This document shows positions 28,483 through 43,400 of a stretch of DNA of 64,000 nt, piece by piece (within the stretch, counting starts at the first letter, position 1; the number at the start of each line of letters is the position of its first letter). The notes under the pieces were generated by a model. The model did not search any database. It saw only the letters and a list, made by a program, of their open reading frames with translations, and was not told the origin of the DNA. Source of the stretch: Balanoglossus misakiensis (Eukaryota > Animalia > Hemichordata); contig CM082594.2 of the NCBI GenBank assembly GCA_040954595.2, positions 6,778,840-6,842,839 on the forward strand. The letters run 5' to 3'. A program made the translations under genes and the position numbers.

Positions 28483-31400
28483 CTGTCGGAAAAAAAATAC
28501 GAAAGAAATGTGAATTTTAGTATTACGACTAATGGTTGCAAGATCCACATCATGGTTGTGTTGAGATCCACACAGCAATTAAGTCAGCTAGTTCTGTACT
28601 CCTCATTCATTTTCTGTGATGTAATTATGTCACATTATAGTGAAGGTACCAGTTAACCAATGTTGTACATCTGGTTACCTGCCAACTTGCTTAGCCTGGT
28701 GGTTGTTTTGTCAGTGAGGAGCTGGTCTCCTTCATTAAATGCTAGAGTGGAAAGAACATGTCTAAAGAAGGCAAAAATCCATCCAGTTGATACATGAGCA
28801 TGCAATTTGATCTCGTAACTGGCTTCCAAGCAGCTACAAGGACTGGTGTATATCTTTCATGACAGTAATAGGGCCAGTGCTAGTGTTCATCTGACGTATT
28901 AAACCTCACAGCAGAACATGGTCTATTAAGGGATACAAGAGAGCATCTTGGCTTACTTTTTCAGTATTTTCACTGTATGTTGGAGCGTGTGAAGGTGCAG
29001 GCCCCGAGGTAGGTGCAAAGGTCGTCATATTGCTGCTGCCTGACGCCTCCTGTTGCTGTCTGTGTGTCTGAGGTAGATGACTGCTGCCATGGAAACCATC
29101 CTGTGTAAAGTAATTTGGGAAATTGCTACCACCCTAAAATGGTGGGGGGGAAAACAGGTAAAAAGTAAAACAGACATTAGTTAAGAAATATCAAAGTTTT
29201 TACAGAAAAGAAATATTGCAAAATGACTTGGGGGGGGGGGGGGGCTGTTAGGGTTTACAAGTGTCAAGTACTTTTTTCTCTGGATAGGTAGAAATAATAT
29301 TTAGCCCAGTACACTATGGTTTACACAGCTTTCACAGCATAAAAAGCAAATTTGTCAAAGACTGCCAAGACTCACCTTAGTATCCAAACTATCATGTACT
29401 GGCATCTGAGCCAACATTGGTGAGAAACTTTCCAACTCCACACCAGGCTGCGGCACACCATACTCCACCACATTTCCGTTGGGGTGACGGCCGGGAATAT
29501 GGCCGTTGCACGCCGGACCAGAGATGTGGTACGTGCTGGGCTTACACTTTTGGAAAAGGCCGTGCCTGGGAATCAAGACAGACAACAAATTAATGAGAAT
29601 CGTATCAAAGTCGGGCACGGTAAGTGCTCATATTACTGATGACCATCAAAAGAAAAGAAAAAAATTCACCTTCTAATAAGTTTAGTGTCATATTAGTAGG
29701 CACAAGTTGCAGGTAGTGAATCCAGAACTTACCGTTTTTTGTATATAATGAGAGCAATAATTAAGATGCAAATGAATCCAACAGACACCCCAAGGACAAT
29801 CTTTGTAGCTGTTGATAGATCAGATTGGTAGCCTCCTGTGAAAATCAAGCAGCTTTTTACAACCATTACAGTGCATTGGGTCCAATAAATGATTTCTATA
29901 ATGTCATGAATCCTGATGCTTATATTAACTTTTTCTATGGTCCAATAAATGATTTCTATAATGTCATGAATCCTGATGCTTATATTAACTTTTTCTATTG
30001 AAAGATAAAATCTTTTTGAGGTCAACCTGCACCAAATGAAAGAAGTAATTCTATAATCTGGATGAACTATTGCTTGACATCAGTGGTGTCACAGTACATA
30101 CCATTAGGCTTTGACAAAGTGCTGTTGGGTGGTGGAATGAGTACAGGCACGGGTTCAGTTGGTGGACCAGCTCCAACTTCTGTTTGTGCTTTCATCTTGA
30201 AGAAATACTCCAAGCTGGGTTCGAGATTTTCCACGACCGACTGAGTGAACATGGCTGCAAATGGAATTGTACAGTCAATATTAAAGCCAAGGCACATTCA
30301 AAACAGTTTCATACATTAAGCCATACTTTTTTGACAGATCATCTGTATACTCCAGTGCGCAGTAAGAAATAGGCTATGGAAGCAAAAAATCAAATAATAT
30401 CAAAATGATAATGCCTTTTACCCTTCGCCATTTACACAACAAAAAGAAACTCTGTGCAGCAGACTAGAAAATCTTCTTACCTTCTTTTTTATCCATCATC
30501 CACAAATCGTCAGGTTCACTGCTATCCCAGCTGTACATGATGATGTAGGTTGTGATGATACCATTAGGGTGTTCTGGAGGCGCCCACTCTAACAACACAC
30601 TTTGTACACCGTACAACTGGGCATTCAAATAACTTGGCGGTGATGGTCCTGACGAAAGATGAAAACAGAAGTTGATTTCTAATAGTGGTTCAACAGTTTT
30701 CCTGGACTTAAGTCAGTTTATCTCAGGCTTTCTAAGACCTAGTTTCCAGCATCCTGGGGTCACTTGTTTCTTGATAATCTGCTTCTTTTTAATTTATGGT
30801 CTACAACCCTGATGTTACGACCCTCCTAAGTATATATTTCACAACACTCATGGGGTTAAAATAGGTGTCACATCAAAGAATCTGACCCAGTTTATCTTTT
30901 TCCATCACTGAGGGCACTTCAACTGTTAGTTGTGGCTATGTTTCTCAATGTGTATAGAGCAACACGAGTTCATTGAAATTTCCACTGATGATTGACACTG
31001 TGATACATTATAATCATGGTGGTTTCTAGGATGGTAAGTAACCAATGGACATTCAACTCCTCCCATCTAACCCAATCCTAACCCAAACTGGTGCAAAAAT
31101 TAACCCTTGGTTTGGTGGGAAATGTCCCGATGGTGAATGTCCAGTGGGTAATATATTCTTGACGTCTGTCAACTTACTGTCTTCTAATGTTTGCACGCTG
31201 ATGGGTGGACTGAAACTACTCTCAATGTTCGGACCGATTGCTTTGACGGCTATGGTGTATCTTGTGAAAGGGACCAGGTCCATCAGATTGATGCTTGGTC
31301 TGGCACTGTAAGAATAATGGACAACACAATCAGCCCTGGAAAGTTAGAGGGGACGTCGACAGTCATCATGTAGAAGAGATATAATAGGAGACAATGGTAC

Positions 31401-34400
31401 AAAGGCATAAAGATCAGAACAAAAATTGAAGAAAATCAATAAAATAATGAACTGATACATCTCCAAGTGTCCCCACCCCCTCCCCAAGTAGACAAATGCA
31501 ACACTAACAAACTGTTCTTACGTTTCTTGGCTTTTCACCAAGGTCACATTGGCTTCTTCAAGGGGGTGAAACTTGACGATGAAGGCCACGATGTCAATAC
31601 TGGATGAGGGCTTCACCCAGGTGACGATGACTGAAGTGGAACTCTGCACTATAGCATGGATCCCTGAAGGTGGCAGAAGCTTTCTTGGGGAGCAAACTGT
31701 CAGATCGAGATGGAGACACAAGAAAGGGAAAACATGAAGCCATTTTTACTTATAAATAATTAGGTACAGTGAAACCTGCCATTACGGATGCCTTCCTGAT
31801 CAGGACTGCACCTGATTTGAATAGCCTGAATATTATCTGTCTATTACGGACCCCTTTCTATTAAGGACAGATTTTCTGGTCCCCGGAGGTGTCCTTAATA
31901 GACAGGTTTCACTGTATATTGGTTCTCTGAATTATTCACTTATTATATTTTTATCCACAATATAAAGTCATTTTGACCTGTTCATCTTTTATAATCAAAT
32001 GTCTTTGCTTCTATTCTGGTGTCTTCGAACACTTTGCCACCATTGTTCCAAAGAACAATATTCATATTTGTATCATAAAAAGCAAGGCACAAGAGATAAA
32101 GAGTGTACAGACTCACATAGTGCGTGTACGTCATCTGGTCGTGTTTGTATACCACTAGAAGACACTATGGGACCATCTCCGTGATCGTTGAAAGCCCACA
32201 GTTTCACATAATAAGTGGTGCATGGCACTGTAGAAAAAAATGGAAAATAAGTCACTTTTAGTAGAGTACAGTATTATTTCAATAATGCAATTTTAAGAGA
32301 CAATTAAAGTTAAATGAACTCTAGGTGGCGCCCTAATGCCCTCAGAAAACCTCCTTCACCAGAGGTGCATGATTCAAGAGAAATACACTAAATGTCTTAA
32401 AACTCATATTTTGAGTCAGGGTCTCCCCCCCCCCCCCCTCCCCATCACCCCCAACTCTTCTTCTCAAATAAAATGGCATTTCACTAATTAATAATACACT
32501 GTCCTGATAATAAAAATCATGGATAGATTACATTTCTATTTGCTTATTTTAAATATACTGTCGCCCCCAAGAAGCCTTAATGCAGGTTTGGTTCACTTTT
32601 TATTCTCTTGGTTTCGCACAATTAAAAGTTTTCATACTTGTGGAAAAATAGTTAAAAAATTGAATACAAGTATTGAATGCTTTCAGATGTACACACAGGC
32701 GAGACATATCACTCGTCTTGCTAAAAATGAACTACAGATGGCGCCCTACCACCCTTAAAAAATATCCTTCACCTTGGTTGTTTTGAAAAACAGGAAGACG
32801 TGCGAACTCATTTTTGAAGCCATTCAACCCGAATTCTGAAACAAGACCGGTCTCTGTATTGATGATTTCACGCCTGGTGACAATAAACACTTGACTGAAG
32901 AAAGAAAAAAAGCCACTTGACAATACGCAGCCCTGGTAATGAAATTCAAGGATGGATAATATATTTAAAGAATGACGTCAATGGAGCTGGACTGTCGGCA
33001 CTATTTTCGCTGTTGCCTTTACATACAAACCAACTTGCCCGTATGCACGAAGCTGACCCCGGTGCTATTTGACCTACTTTGATACAAATGATCATGTTTA
33101 CAGTCCCTCGTCAAATCTCAAGTGCCTGGTGGCCTGGTCTTGTAACCGGTATATACACTCACTCCGTGAACAGAGAGAGACGTGGGTTGGTTCAGTGACC
33201 AATTGCATTCGGAGGTGAAATGATAGTCTACGGGAGATCTCCGCAATCACACAGCGTGGCCTCTCTTGCTTGTTTGCAGTAAATCTTCATTATGCCCACA
33301 CAAACACTAGATCTTTTTAATCGCGAGTCAAGTTCCAAACTGGACTCACTGAAATCATTACGGCACAATTAACCCACACGGCAGCCATACACTGTCACAG
33401 AACAGTTTAGTACATAAAGACATATCTGAACCACACCAATTTCAATAACATTTTTAATAAATAACACATCCTAGAGATGGCCTCTGATTGAAGCTCCATT
33501 TGGGTTGATATAGCAACCGGTCAGGCAGATCCAACTGTCACAAACAACCAACTGGATACACAAGTTTTTATTTCCTTGACGACCAGTTTTAATTGTTTCC
33601 TGTCGTTCTGGCAAACAGAGAACACGAGGTGTGCCACCGATCAGAAACGCCAGATTTGTGTTAATCAGCACATTTGAGGAGCCCTGCTTAGAAAATTAGC
33701 ACTTTATAAAGTGTAATTTTATTAGGGTCTTTTAAAACACACGCAGTCGTGAAAACCGAATCAGAATTTCCAGTCATAGTCGGCCTCGTGTCACCATAAT
33801 CACCAGACATAGATTACTGATGACCTTGGTAGAGGATGGCAGTTATTTTCACCAGTGCAGAAACACTTGACGAGTGATTACCAAAGGAAAAGTACAACCT
33901 CATAAAAATTATATCAACAATTAAAGAAGTCCGGAGCATTCAAAACGTGTCTGACATACTCCCGGGTCAAGGCTTCAATACTATATTTTTTTATATAAAT
34001 TCCTTGAAATTTGACAAAGACTGGTGTGTTTTGTCACACTGCTGCACTGTTAACTGATGTACCTGTACTTTCCTTGTAACATCTGAATCATGTACAAGTA
34101 AAGACACAGTCAGCCGTTCTGTGAATTTACGGCAGATAATTCAATTGCGACAGCTTGGTAACTTTGAAAATAGGTTTCTGGGTTTTTAATGGTGCTAAGA
34201 GTCGATCAGTTACTCATATGGACATTTATCAACTGGACACAATCGTTTATTCTCAGCAGAACATGAAAGAGGAGTGAAATTCTCACTGCTTTTGGCAGGC
34301 TTATTCACTCGAGCTGGTTTATTCAAAGCTTAATCCGCTAGCATATATACAATATGGAATCATTTGTGCAAACCTGCATGCTTCTGACCTTACATAATTT

Positions 34401-37400
34401 TATGAGCCTTAGGTGTCATCACGCACAACAGTCAAAGCCATTTACGATTGATGTTCACCTTCTAACTACGCTGAAAGTTCATCTGTTGGGCAACGCTTCC
34501 CTAAAGAATCTAGGCCAAGTCATTTGCCAGCTTGGTCAGTCAACCAACCAACACTGACAGCAAAACAGTGTATGATACGTACTATTCATGCATCTGTGGT
34601 ATGCAAATGAATCATGTGACCATACACTGGACCCCCAGTTTCTCATACATTTCACAGCAGTAAATAAGTCAAACATGCAATACATTGGTGGAAAGTGACC
34701 ATGGTCAACTGGTGTATATATATCATGACTGAAACAGCTAGACCAGAACCAACATGTCAGCTGGCTTACAAGCGTCCTACTTTCAAAATATAATTTGCTC
34801 TCAAAAGTTAGCAAAGTGTTTCACGACTGATTAGAGGGTTTTTTGTCCCATTCATGAAAGCTGCAACCAGGATGCAGAATCCTCATCAACCCAACAATCA
34901 AATATTCCCAAAAATTGCAGCAAAGAATACAATGACAATGCATTTACAAGACACTCAGACACTGCAAACAAATAGCCAAAAGTTACAGCTTCTCATGGAA
35001 GATGAAACAATGCATATTCATAGCCAGCAAATTCTAGCCTTAAACAGATTTGAATAGCTCTGTGTATACTACATGTACTTTTCATGTTGTTGATTATAGT
35101 GAAATAAACGAATTAACAGCTACAACTGTATGTTCTTTATCTTAGCGTGAAAACCACTTCACCAATTACAAAAAAATAACCAAGACAGCAATTCTATTTG
35201 TAGCTGCTAGAATTCGCCTGCGATATCACTCAACACATGAAAGAGAATCATACAATGCAGCAGTATACAGCGACTCAGGTCAAAAGTTTACTTCTCATTG
35301 GAAACGGAGAATACACTGTCGAAATGAGGACAAGGACAAGGGGGAGGTGCATTACGTGACAGCCTTGTCACTAACCATCTGAATCTCCATAAACTGTCCG
35401 TTTCCTACCAAAAGAGTCGGTTCCATTCAGCGATTTCCATTCAATTTATCGTCATGGTAATCTCTAACGTGCAGCCGAACTAGCTGGCAAGATGGTGGCC
35501 CTAATAATCTCTTGATTTACTAGGGCAAGTGCTAACCCAGGAATGTCTAAATCAATATGGAGTGTGGGTCGGTTTCTTTCCTCCTGATTTGTATGCGTGT
35601 CTGAGTCCGTCTGTTTGCAATGTGGGGACATGTAATGTAAATTGTCCTGCCTGTTTGGGATGTGTATATGTAAATTGCCCAGTGGCTGATGTCCTTGAGC
35701 TCCACCAATGATGTTATTTTTTTCATCTTTGTCCTAGTGCAGTATTTAAGAGGCTGTGACATCTTGTTTGAAAACTGACATTACTGGCAGCATACTGGTA
35801 AAGTGTAAGTCTCAATTTAGTCTCTCTGACAATAACATGAATGGAAGAAACAGAAATCATACGTGCATCATTTACAGACTGAAGCTTAATACAGAAATAT
35901 TTCAAAATACACTAAGAGAACCAAAACAGTGTCAACATTGAAGAACCTTGCCCCTTTACACAGGCAATTAATGCAGACAACGTAATCACATCTCACTCTT
36001 TTTCTACTGCAAAGCCCAACAGAGTAGATAACATATATTGGCATTCGCTATCTACAAAATTCCCACTAATTCTGATATTTTCAAGTTGTCACTATTATCA
36101 GTATTATGGACCTACATGAGATAATATTAATCTACCAAACAAACACACACAGCAGTTAGTGCAATTCATGTTGAACAAATGACGCACCAGGTCAAACATC
36201 AATCGGTGGGGTGAAATTTTAACTCAAACGTTTAATTCTGGGTGAATTATGAAAGATAAATTTACAACTGGATTAGTATATGTGTTTAGCGCTTTGAAAT
36301 GTGACCAGTTGAGATTTCCCAGATGACACACATAGCTCTGTGGGTATATACAATCTAGGCTCTACACATTCATAATATTGTAATGTACACACGTAATGGG
36401 CACCTCAACAAATCAGTCTTAAATTTTTTTGTACTGTTTCCGGGAAGCATACTTCACACTTTAAAAATAAAAACCACTACAATGACCAAATTTGGATGTA
36501 GAAACAACAGAATGGCATCTCATTTTTCAGTACCATTAAAGACATAATATTCGTATGGACAGACATTTTTTTTATACGCAAAAGAGCATTCTGACTCCCA
36601 TCACTACTTCACTATTTCATTCACTAATTCTGTCATTCATGTATTTATCTTTAGCTACATACACGTGTGTTTATTGGCTCTAGACATTTATAAACAAAAA
36701 TATAACAAAATGGTCACCCAGCCGCATTTGATTGTGTCATGTCGCAAATCGACGTGATATATTTGCACAAGTACCGGTGCACACTTATACTTCGTCCTTG
36801 TACAAAGTTTGAATGAAATCAATCTGGGCATGACTGACTGATGGTTACAGACAGACGGAGCCCAATCCATTAATTCCCCAAGACTTAATCCACGGGGACT
36901 AATAATTGCCATGATTCCTTCACATTAAGTACTGGTAGTCGTGTGTACCGGTACTTCATCTATAAGATTCATTTCAACTGTTTATAATCCCAACGTAAGG
37001 GGAGAACATAATCATCATATTTCTGTACAATATTTATAGGTCCTCCATGTATCAAGGAAGGAAACACTACTGGGTGTTATTCACAGAAAATTATGCTCAA
37101 GCAAAGAGCTTACTTGTATTTCTGTATGCAGTTTGTTCCATTAAAGCAACTCTGATTTCAAGTGGCACTAAAATTATGCAAAATTAGGAAGAACGTACAA
37201 TCTGTTGTTTCTATATCCAAATTTGGTCAGTTTTGTGTCCAGATCATCCGGCGATTTGTACAAATCACCAGCGCATAAAATTGAGCTGGGTGTTGATGTC
37301 ACAAACCAGGGCGAAACCATCTGGATGTTTATTTTCTGTACAGGTCTAGTTTCACCTTGTAAATGTATATGCTGGTACACAGTCATTATTCAGGAGATGC

Positions 37401-40400
37401 ATTTATAACTAACGCATTACAGTTCTCACGATCCTATTTTCATGCAGTATACATACCACACAAAAGTAAATGGAATCAAGACTTAGTCCATTGCTGGATA
37501 TATTTACAAGCAATTAGAACCAACACCACACAGCTAGCCAAATAGGAAATGTTAGTTTACCAATATGAATCCCATGCACTGATCTGATTCCATAAAAAAA
37601 CAGTCCCTGTGTTAAAGCCACACTACCTTTAACCCTTCCACCTCCGTTTCCCTGTATAAAGGTCTAGCATTGCTAATGAAAACAATGGTGTTGGACCAAA
37701 CCATGGTGGTGATAGGGTTAACATTTAGAGCAAAATTTTCAGGGCAAATGGGTTTTGCGTTGAATGAAGCACTGTTAAAGGCTGACGTTGTAAAATGCAT
37801 ATGACAAAAGTACTTCAAAAATGCTTAGGGTTATTACTGAGATTCTGATCGAAGGTTTCAAAACATAAAACAGATACCATCTTATGTATGGAAATTCTCA
37901 AAGGATAATTTATGGCCACTGTGAAGTAATAAACTGAAGTAATAACTGAGTATGGTCTGTAAATGACAGCAAAAAATGGCATGTTTTGCGAGATAAAAAA
38001 AGACTCCCTGTCTCACTAATCATGGCCGTTTCACTCTTCAGTACTTATGTGACCTTGAAACAAAACAAAACAGTCACATCATCATGGAAATAAGGACAAT
38101 ATGATGATCAAAGCAGCTAAGTTTATATATACAGGCCTGCATCCAGGGAGGAAATGTCGTCTCATAAATTACACTCAATAACACAGCCATAGAATTCAGT
38201 AACCAGTAATCTACAAGAGATGTAACAGCTGGTTTGATCCCTGCCACTGAAGATAACTGTACCATCAGTAGGTTAATGCTTCTGAAATGCCCCTCAGGCT
38301 ATATATATAAACTAGTACACACAATTTTTATGACATTATATGATGGATCGGTATGATTTTTATAACTATTACGAAAAATACCAGTATCTTCATAAACTCT
38401 GCATGGTTTGGAAAACAGGGAATGAATTGATGACCAGGAATATTAAAATACAAAGTAGTAAAATGCACATTATCACTTCATCATTACTTTCTAAATTTCA
38501 ATTTTTTGCATGTGCCACCCACTGAAAACGTGATTGCCTAGATCTCAATTTGCCATGGTAACTATAACCGTGAACCTTTAATACAACGTTACAGAAATTA
38601 CAGCTGAATTTGAAATCAGTGCAATGTGTTTGCACACTCAATGGCAGGTTATTTGATATATTTTTTAATCAGTGGTAGGTATGTGATGTCTTTGTGCGGT
38701 TTATTTTTTTATGTCAAATCTCGATATGCCTGGTCGACTGTGCTTGCGTTATCAATGCTAGATACTTGGGCCCTACTCAAGCCTAACGCTTCGGCTGTTC
38801 AACTTCAGTCCACACCTGCCAACAGACTTCTCACAAATACAACAAGTCAGATTGGCCAAACATGTTTTGCAAAGCGTGCTCAACACTGGAAACGTGAAAT
38901 TTTCGGACGCAGATAAATCAAAGGTGACTACAGTTGACATATTGAGGTTATCATGAAATTGATTTATGAATTGAATGATCTGTGCGAGGAGGCTGTTAAA
39001 CGCACATTATGCAACCAATCAAAATAGATAATTGTTTATAATCAAATCACAGGGTCTGATTTACAGTATATTGATTCACACAAATAAAACACTTCACCTT
39101 AACTGACAGAAGTCAGGACTCCTCTATTCTGCCCATAACTTCGGATTTTATAATAAATGTGTTACTTGTACCATTTGAAAGTAATGCATGTGACATCACG
39201 TTTATACCGCATATTTACATAAAGTTGCACATGTGCAGTTCAGACAACACGCACCCTTTAAAGTTAAATGGGGATAGGAGCTTTAAGGGTTAAATCTTGA
39301 AAGCACAAACTTCTCTGCAGATCAAGACTCTTGCTCATTACCATTTCATTTAGTTTAAGAACAAAAATCTGGCATATTTCTAATCAAGTTGACACTAAAA
39401 ATGCTAGGGTTATCAATATGCTTGACAAAATTACTAGTATTAAGTGCACACATCTGCTCCACGATTTACACGCATTAAAGTTATTCCAGATGTTTTGTGT
39501 GCAGTCCTTCAGTCAGGCCTACTATTTAAAACTGGACTGTGTGTGTTTGTTCTGTGCCATGTGCCTTCTGCAAGCTATCATCGACGATATGCTTTTTGCA
39601 GAGCCATGGCGGACCACTGTCAACTATTATGGGGAATCAAACTCCAATTGAAAATAACCTCGGTCACACAGGAATATATAACTCCCCTGGATGTCAGTAC
39701 TTTGACTACTTGTTTCAACCACTGAAATGGCATTTCCATCAAGTAACTCCTTTAATGGTTTAACATGTGATCGCATCATCAAAGGAAGAGCATGCAGGCT
39801 GATGATATATTCCAAGCTGTTTGAATTACTGTTGCTCATCTAAATTCAGTTTCTGACGATGGAGTATGTTCAGCACAGCCATGCATAGTCATGTCAACTG
39901 GGCCAGGTTGTATAAGCTCCAATATATGTTTGCAGGCCACATACCATAGATCAAGAGAACCAATTGGGAATTCTTGGAAACAACAAGTATCACTTTTTTG
40001 TGAAAGCCCAGGGATGTCAAAAGGACCACTAAATTATACATTGACTGCCTAAATTGCAGGTTCTAGTGCAGGGAAGTACATGCATCCAGAGGCACTTAGC
40101 ATACAATTACAGCTACCTTCATAGCAATTATGACTATATGAATTAAGGAAGGGGGAAATAACAGGGTGATCGACCTACACACTGCTAAAATTGGTATCAC
40201 CAGGCTGCACAGCAGATAATGTCAGCTTACAAAAGCGATCACAATACAAGTCTGGGAAATGTTAGCATGAGAGGCTATTTCAGTCTCAAAGCGGGGCAAA
40301 TAGCCATGATTAATGGTAGTCTCATGGGCACAGTAGCCAGTAGATAGTAACATGACTCTGACTCAAGACAGATACTGGTACGTATATGTATCAGAACAAG

Positions 40401-43400
40401 ATGGCCGACTGCTGGTAAATGACGGCAATATCGGTGGAGTAGGGAGGGGGGCGTATCTTATACGGTATATGGCTGCTAATAATGTAGACACACTTAAAGA
40501 GGATATGTTTTTTACAAACTGCTGTTTTCCAAGAACACATCCCAAATCCAGTCTCAAGTCACAGTTACCTATAATCAACTTGTCAATTTTCCTGCAAACA
40601 GCCAGCCAGGCAAGTTGCTGACGTTTTTCTTATCAAGAAACATTAAACTCTACACATTATCTAACAGTGACAACTGCAGTAATTTATACATTTACAATGA
40701 CAAATTAAGGTGAATGCAAGCTCTCTGCAGGCTCTCAGAGAAATATAAGCACGACAAGACTAGACTTGCAAGAATATTCATATAGAAATAATTACTATTC
40801 AACAAGAAACATAAAAAAAATCTTTTAAAGCTTTAATACCACCACTTCCTTTTTGAAAACATCACTTTCAGCACACCAATATGTGTACTTGTCGGAATTA
40901 TACGATTCTGCACAGGGGACAACCAGAATATGCCCAGAAATAGTTTGCATTTCATTACCTTGATGCCACATTGTTATTGAAAGGCCGACTATAAAAATAA
41001 ATTGAAAAAAGAAAGCAGAGAGAGATGGGGAGAGCATGGGATAATGAACAAAGGAGCGTGGAGTGCGACTGCCGCTGGGCTCGATTCGTTTCATATTCAA
41101 GAAGCACGAGAAGGTGGATTAATTGATGCATTGTACGCTACGTCATTTGAGTCCTATAAAACGTGAGACATCCAGATCTACAACCGCTTCAGGCGGACTG
41201 CACTCTCTTCACTGCTGGCGAGTTCAAGGGATGACCTGTTCTATACGGCCCCTCCTCCCACCAAAAGCTAACCTTCCATGAGGCCGCAAATCGTTCAACC
41301 GTTTGACGTCACCACTGCATCACGGCTCAGCTATGGTTTCAAAAGATCCAAGGATTTGAAGCGAATTCTCCAATCTCGGTGTCTGAGAATTAAACTCACG
41401 CATCGCGCAAATATAAGGACACTATTAATACTTCCTCTTCACATAGTTATGAATTGTTGTAAGGTTTTTGTTCAAAAGAAAAGACATTCCAAGCTGCTGT
41501 TTTGTCAGTATATTTTTCCGTCTTTAATTACCCTCCAATCACTAATATGGGTTTACAGTATTTGACAAATGATAATTTTATAATGAGACACTTTCGGCAA
41601 TGTAAGAACTGCAAACAACTTTCTACTGCAAGCTAAGTGGTCCAACCTCATTATAATTGCATTGTGGGTAAAATGTTGATAATAACTCACAGCAATAAGA
41701 GGTGCCAAAAACAGGACAGAAAGAATTCTCTGTGAAACTTACTTTTTTGCCATTTTACTTGATTAGGAATAATCTGACTTCATTGAACATCTACAGGATA
41801 CACTCAACAGACATTAGCATTCATGTATGACAGGGGCACTAATTAGTATTATTTATTTATGAAAATTTGATGATAAACGACGCATTTTTATAGTTTTATG
41901 CATCTACTGTCGCACACTGGCAATTCTCAACTGTACATTCAAAATAACCTCGCACATCTACGGTGACAACAATTGATTGAAGAGAAAATGAAGTCAAGAT
42001 GACGTGACAGGCTCACTCCCAATATGCATAGCTCTCTAGACTTCAACACTGCGCCACACTCATTCAGCAATTCTCGTCACACAGCCTTTCTTTGACCCCT
42101 GACCTCTGAACCCATTCCACTGTTGCTGCCGAACACAAATACATGCGCGGAATATACACACCTAACTGCAATACATGTACATGTAAAACTCAATTCCAGT
42201 GAAAAGCACCACGCAGAGATGTCCTTGAAACTTATCAGTACCCAACGTAACCTAGGCGTATTTTTTTCTTTTTTTTTTCATATCGTGGGTACGGCGGGGA
42301 AAATGAAACTTCCACTCTCATTTCAGTTATTGACAGTGATCGATAGATCTGTTTGGATCCTTGTGCCTTGTAATGCAGTGACAATGTAATTAAGATGTAA
42401 ATATGGCTATCCTTATTACAAGCCAGCATTTGGCAACCCACCAACATCATCTGTATGCAGTTGGCAATGCCAGTCGCCTAATCACTCAAATAAGAACTGA
42501 ATAATTAGCTGCATGACGCAGACAAAAAAACTTGGCATACACTGGAAAGCTTTCATGATGCTCTAACTCTGCATCTGCATGGGCGTCGACGTGAAACTGT
42601 AGAATGAAAATAACTTTGTTTGGGGCAAACATCAGTATTTAGGTCTGAGTACGTACAGTACAAGTACAGACACACACATGCACACACACATTTGAACTCC
42701 CAGTCTATTGTGACAATGATATTTACTATCATCCAATTTTTCATAAATGTTGTGCATTTTGCATCAAGTAAGTGGACATTTTCTAAGATACCCTTACCAC
42801 ACTTTGTGGCAACGATTATCAAACTGACCAACTGAACAAAAGACCACAAGACTGGTTCGAACGTTTAAATACTGTGGTTTCTATGGCCATAAAAGTGATG
42901 ATGACACAGTTAGTGTTAAAACAAACTGACGTGCACTTGAGCAACAGATTAAAACAAACGAGCTGAGATACTTACACAGGTGAGATAAAACATAGCTTGT
43001 CTTCGTAACATCCAGTTCCACAGTTTCTGCCTTGGGCGGGGAATCCGATCGGGAATTTACAGAGAGCTTGTAGCCACCGAGTGGTACAGGGGAAACCGTT
43101 GAAGGTGCCATCCAGGTTAACTCGATCGAAGTAGAATTCAGTGACCTTACTTTAAGATTGGTGGGAGTGTCTGGAACTGTGATACAAAAAAAAAGAAATA
43201 CAGACAGAGAAATCCATGTGAATAGATAAACACAAACATGTAGTGTTGCACCTGGCCTTGCTACTATCATCTATTTCCAGACATATCTACAACTTTTCAG
43301 TTGATAATACATGCATGACTTCTCCTTTTTTTTCAGAACAAAATTTCAATATGACCCTAGCTAACATTTAACTTAATCTCGGAGGGAAAAAAAGTAGTCT

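Noticed and set aside
32228-42975. Nested protein-coding gene or autonomous transposon in the large introns (also 48416-64000)
   Set aside because: Only short ORFs with no recognisable domains; no transposase or reverse-transcriptase motifs seen.
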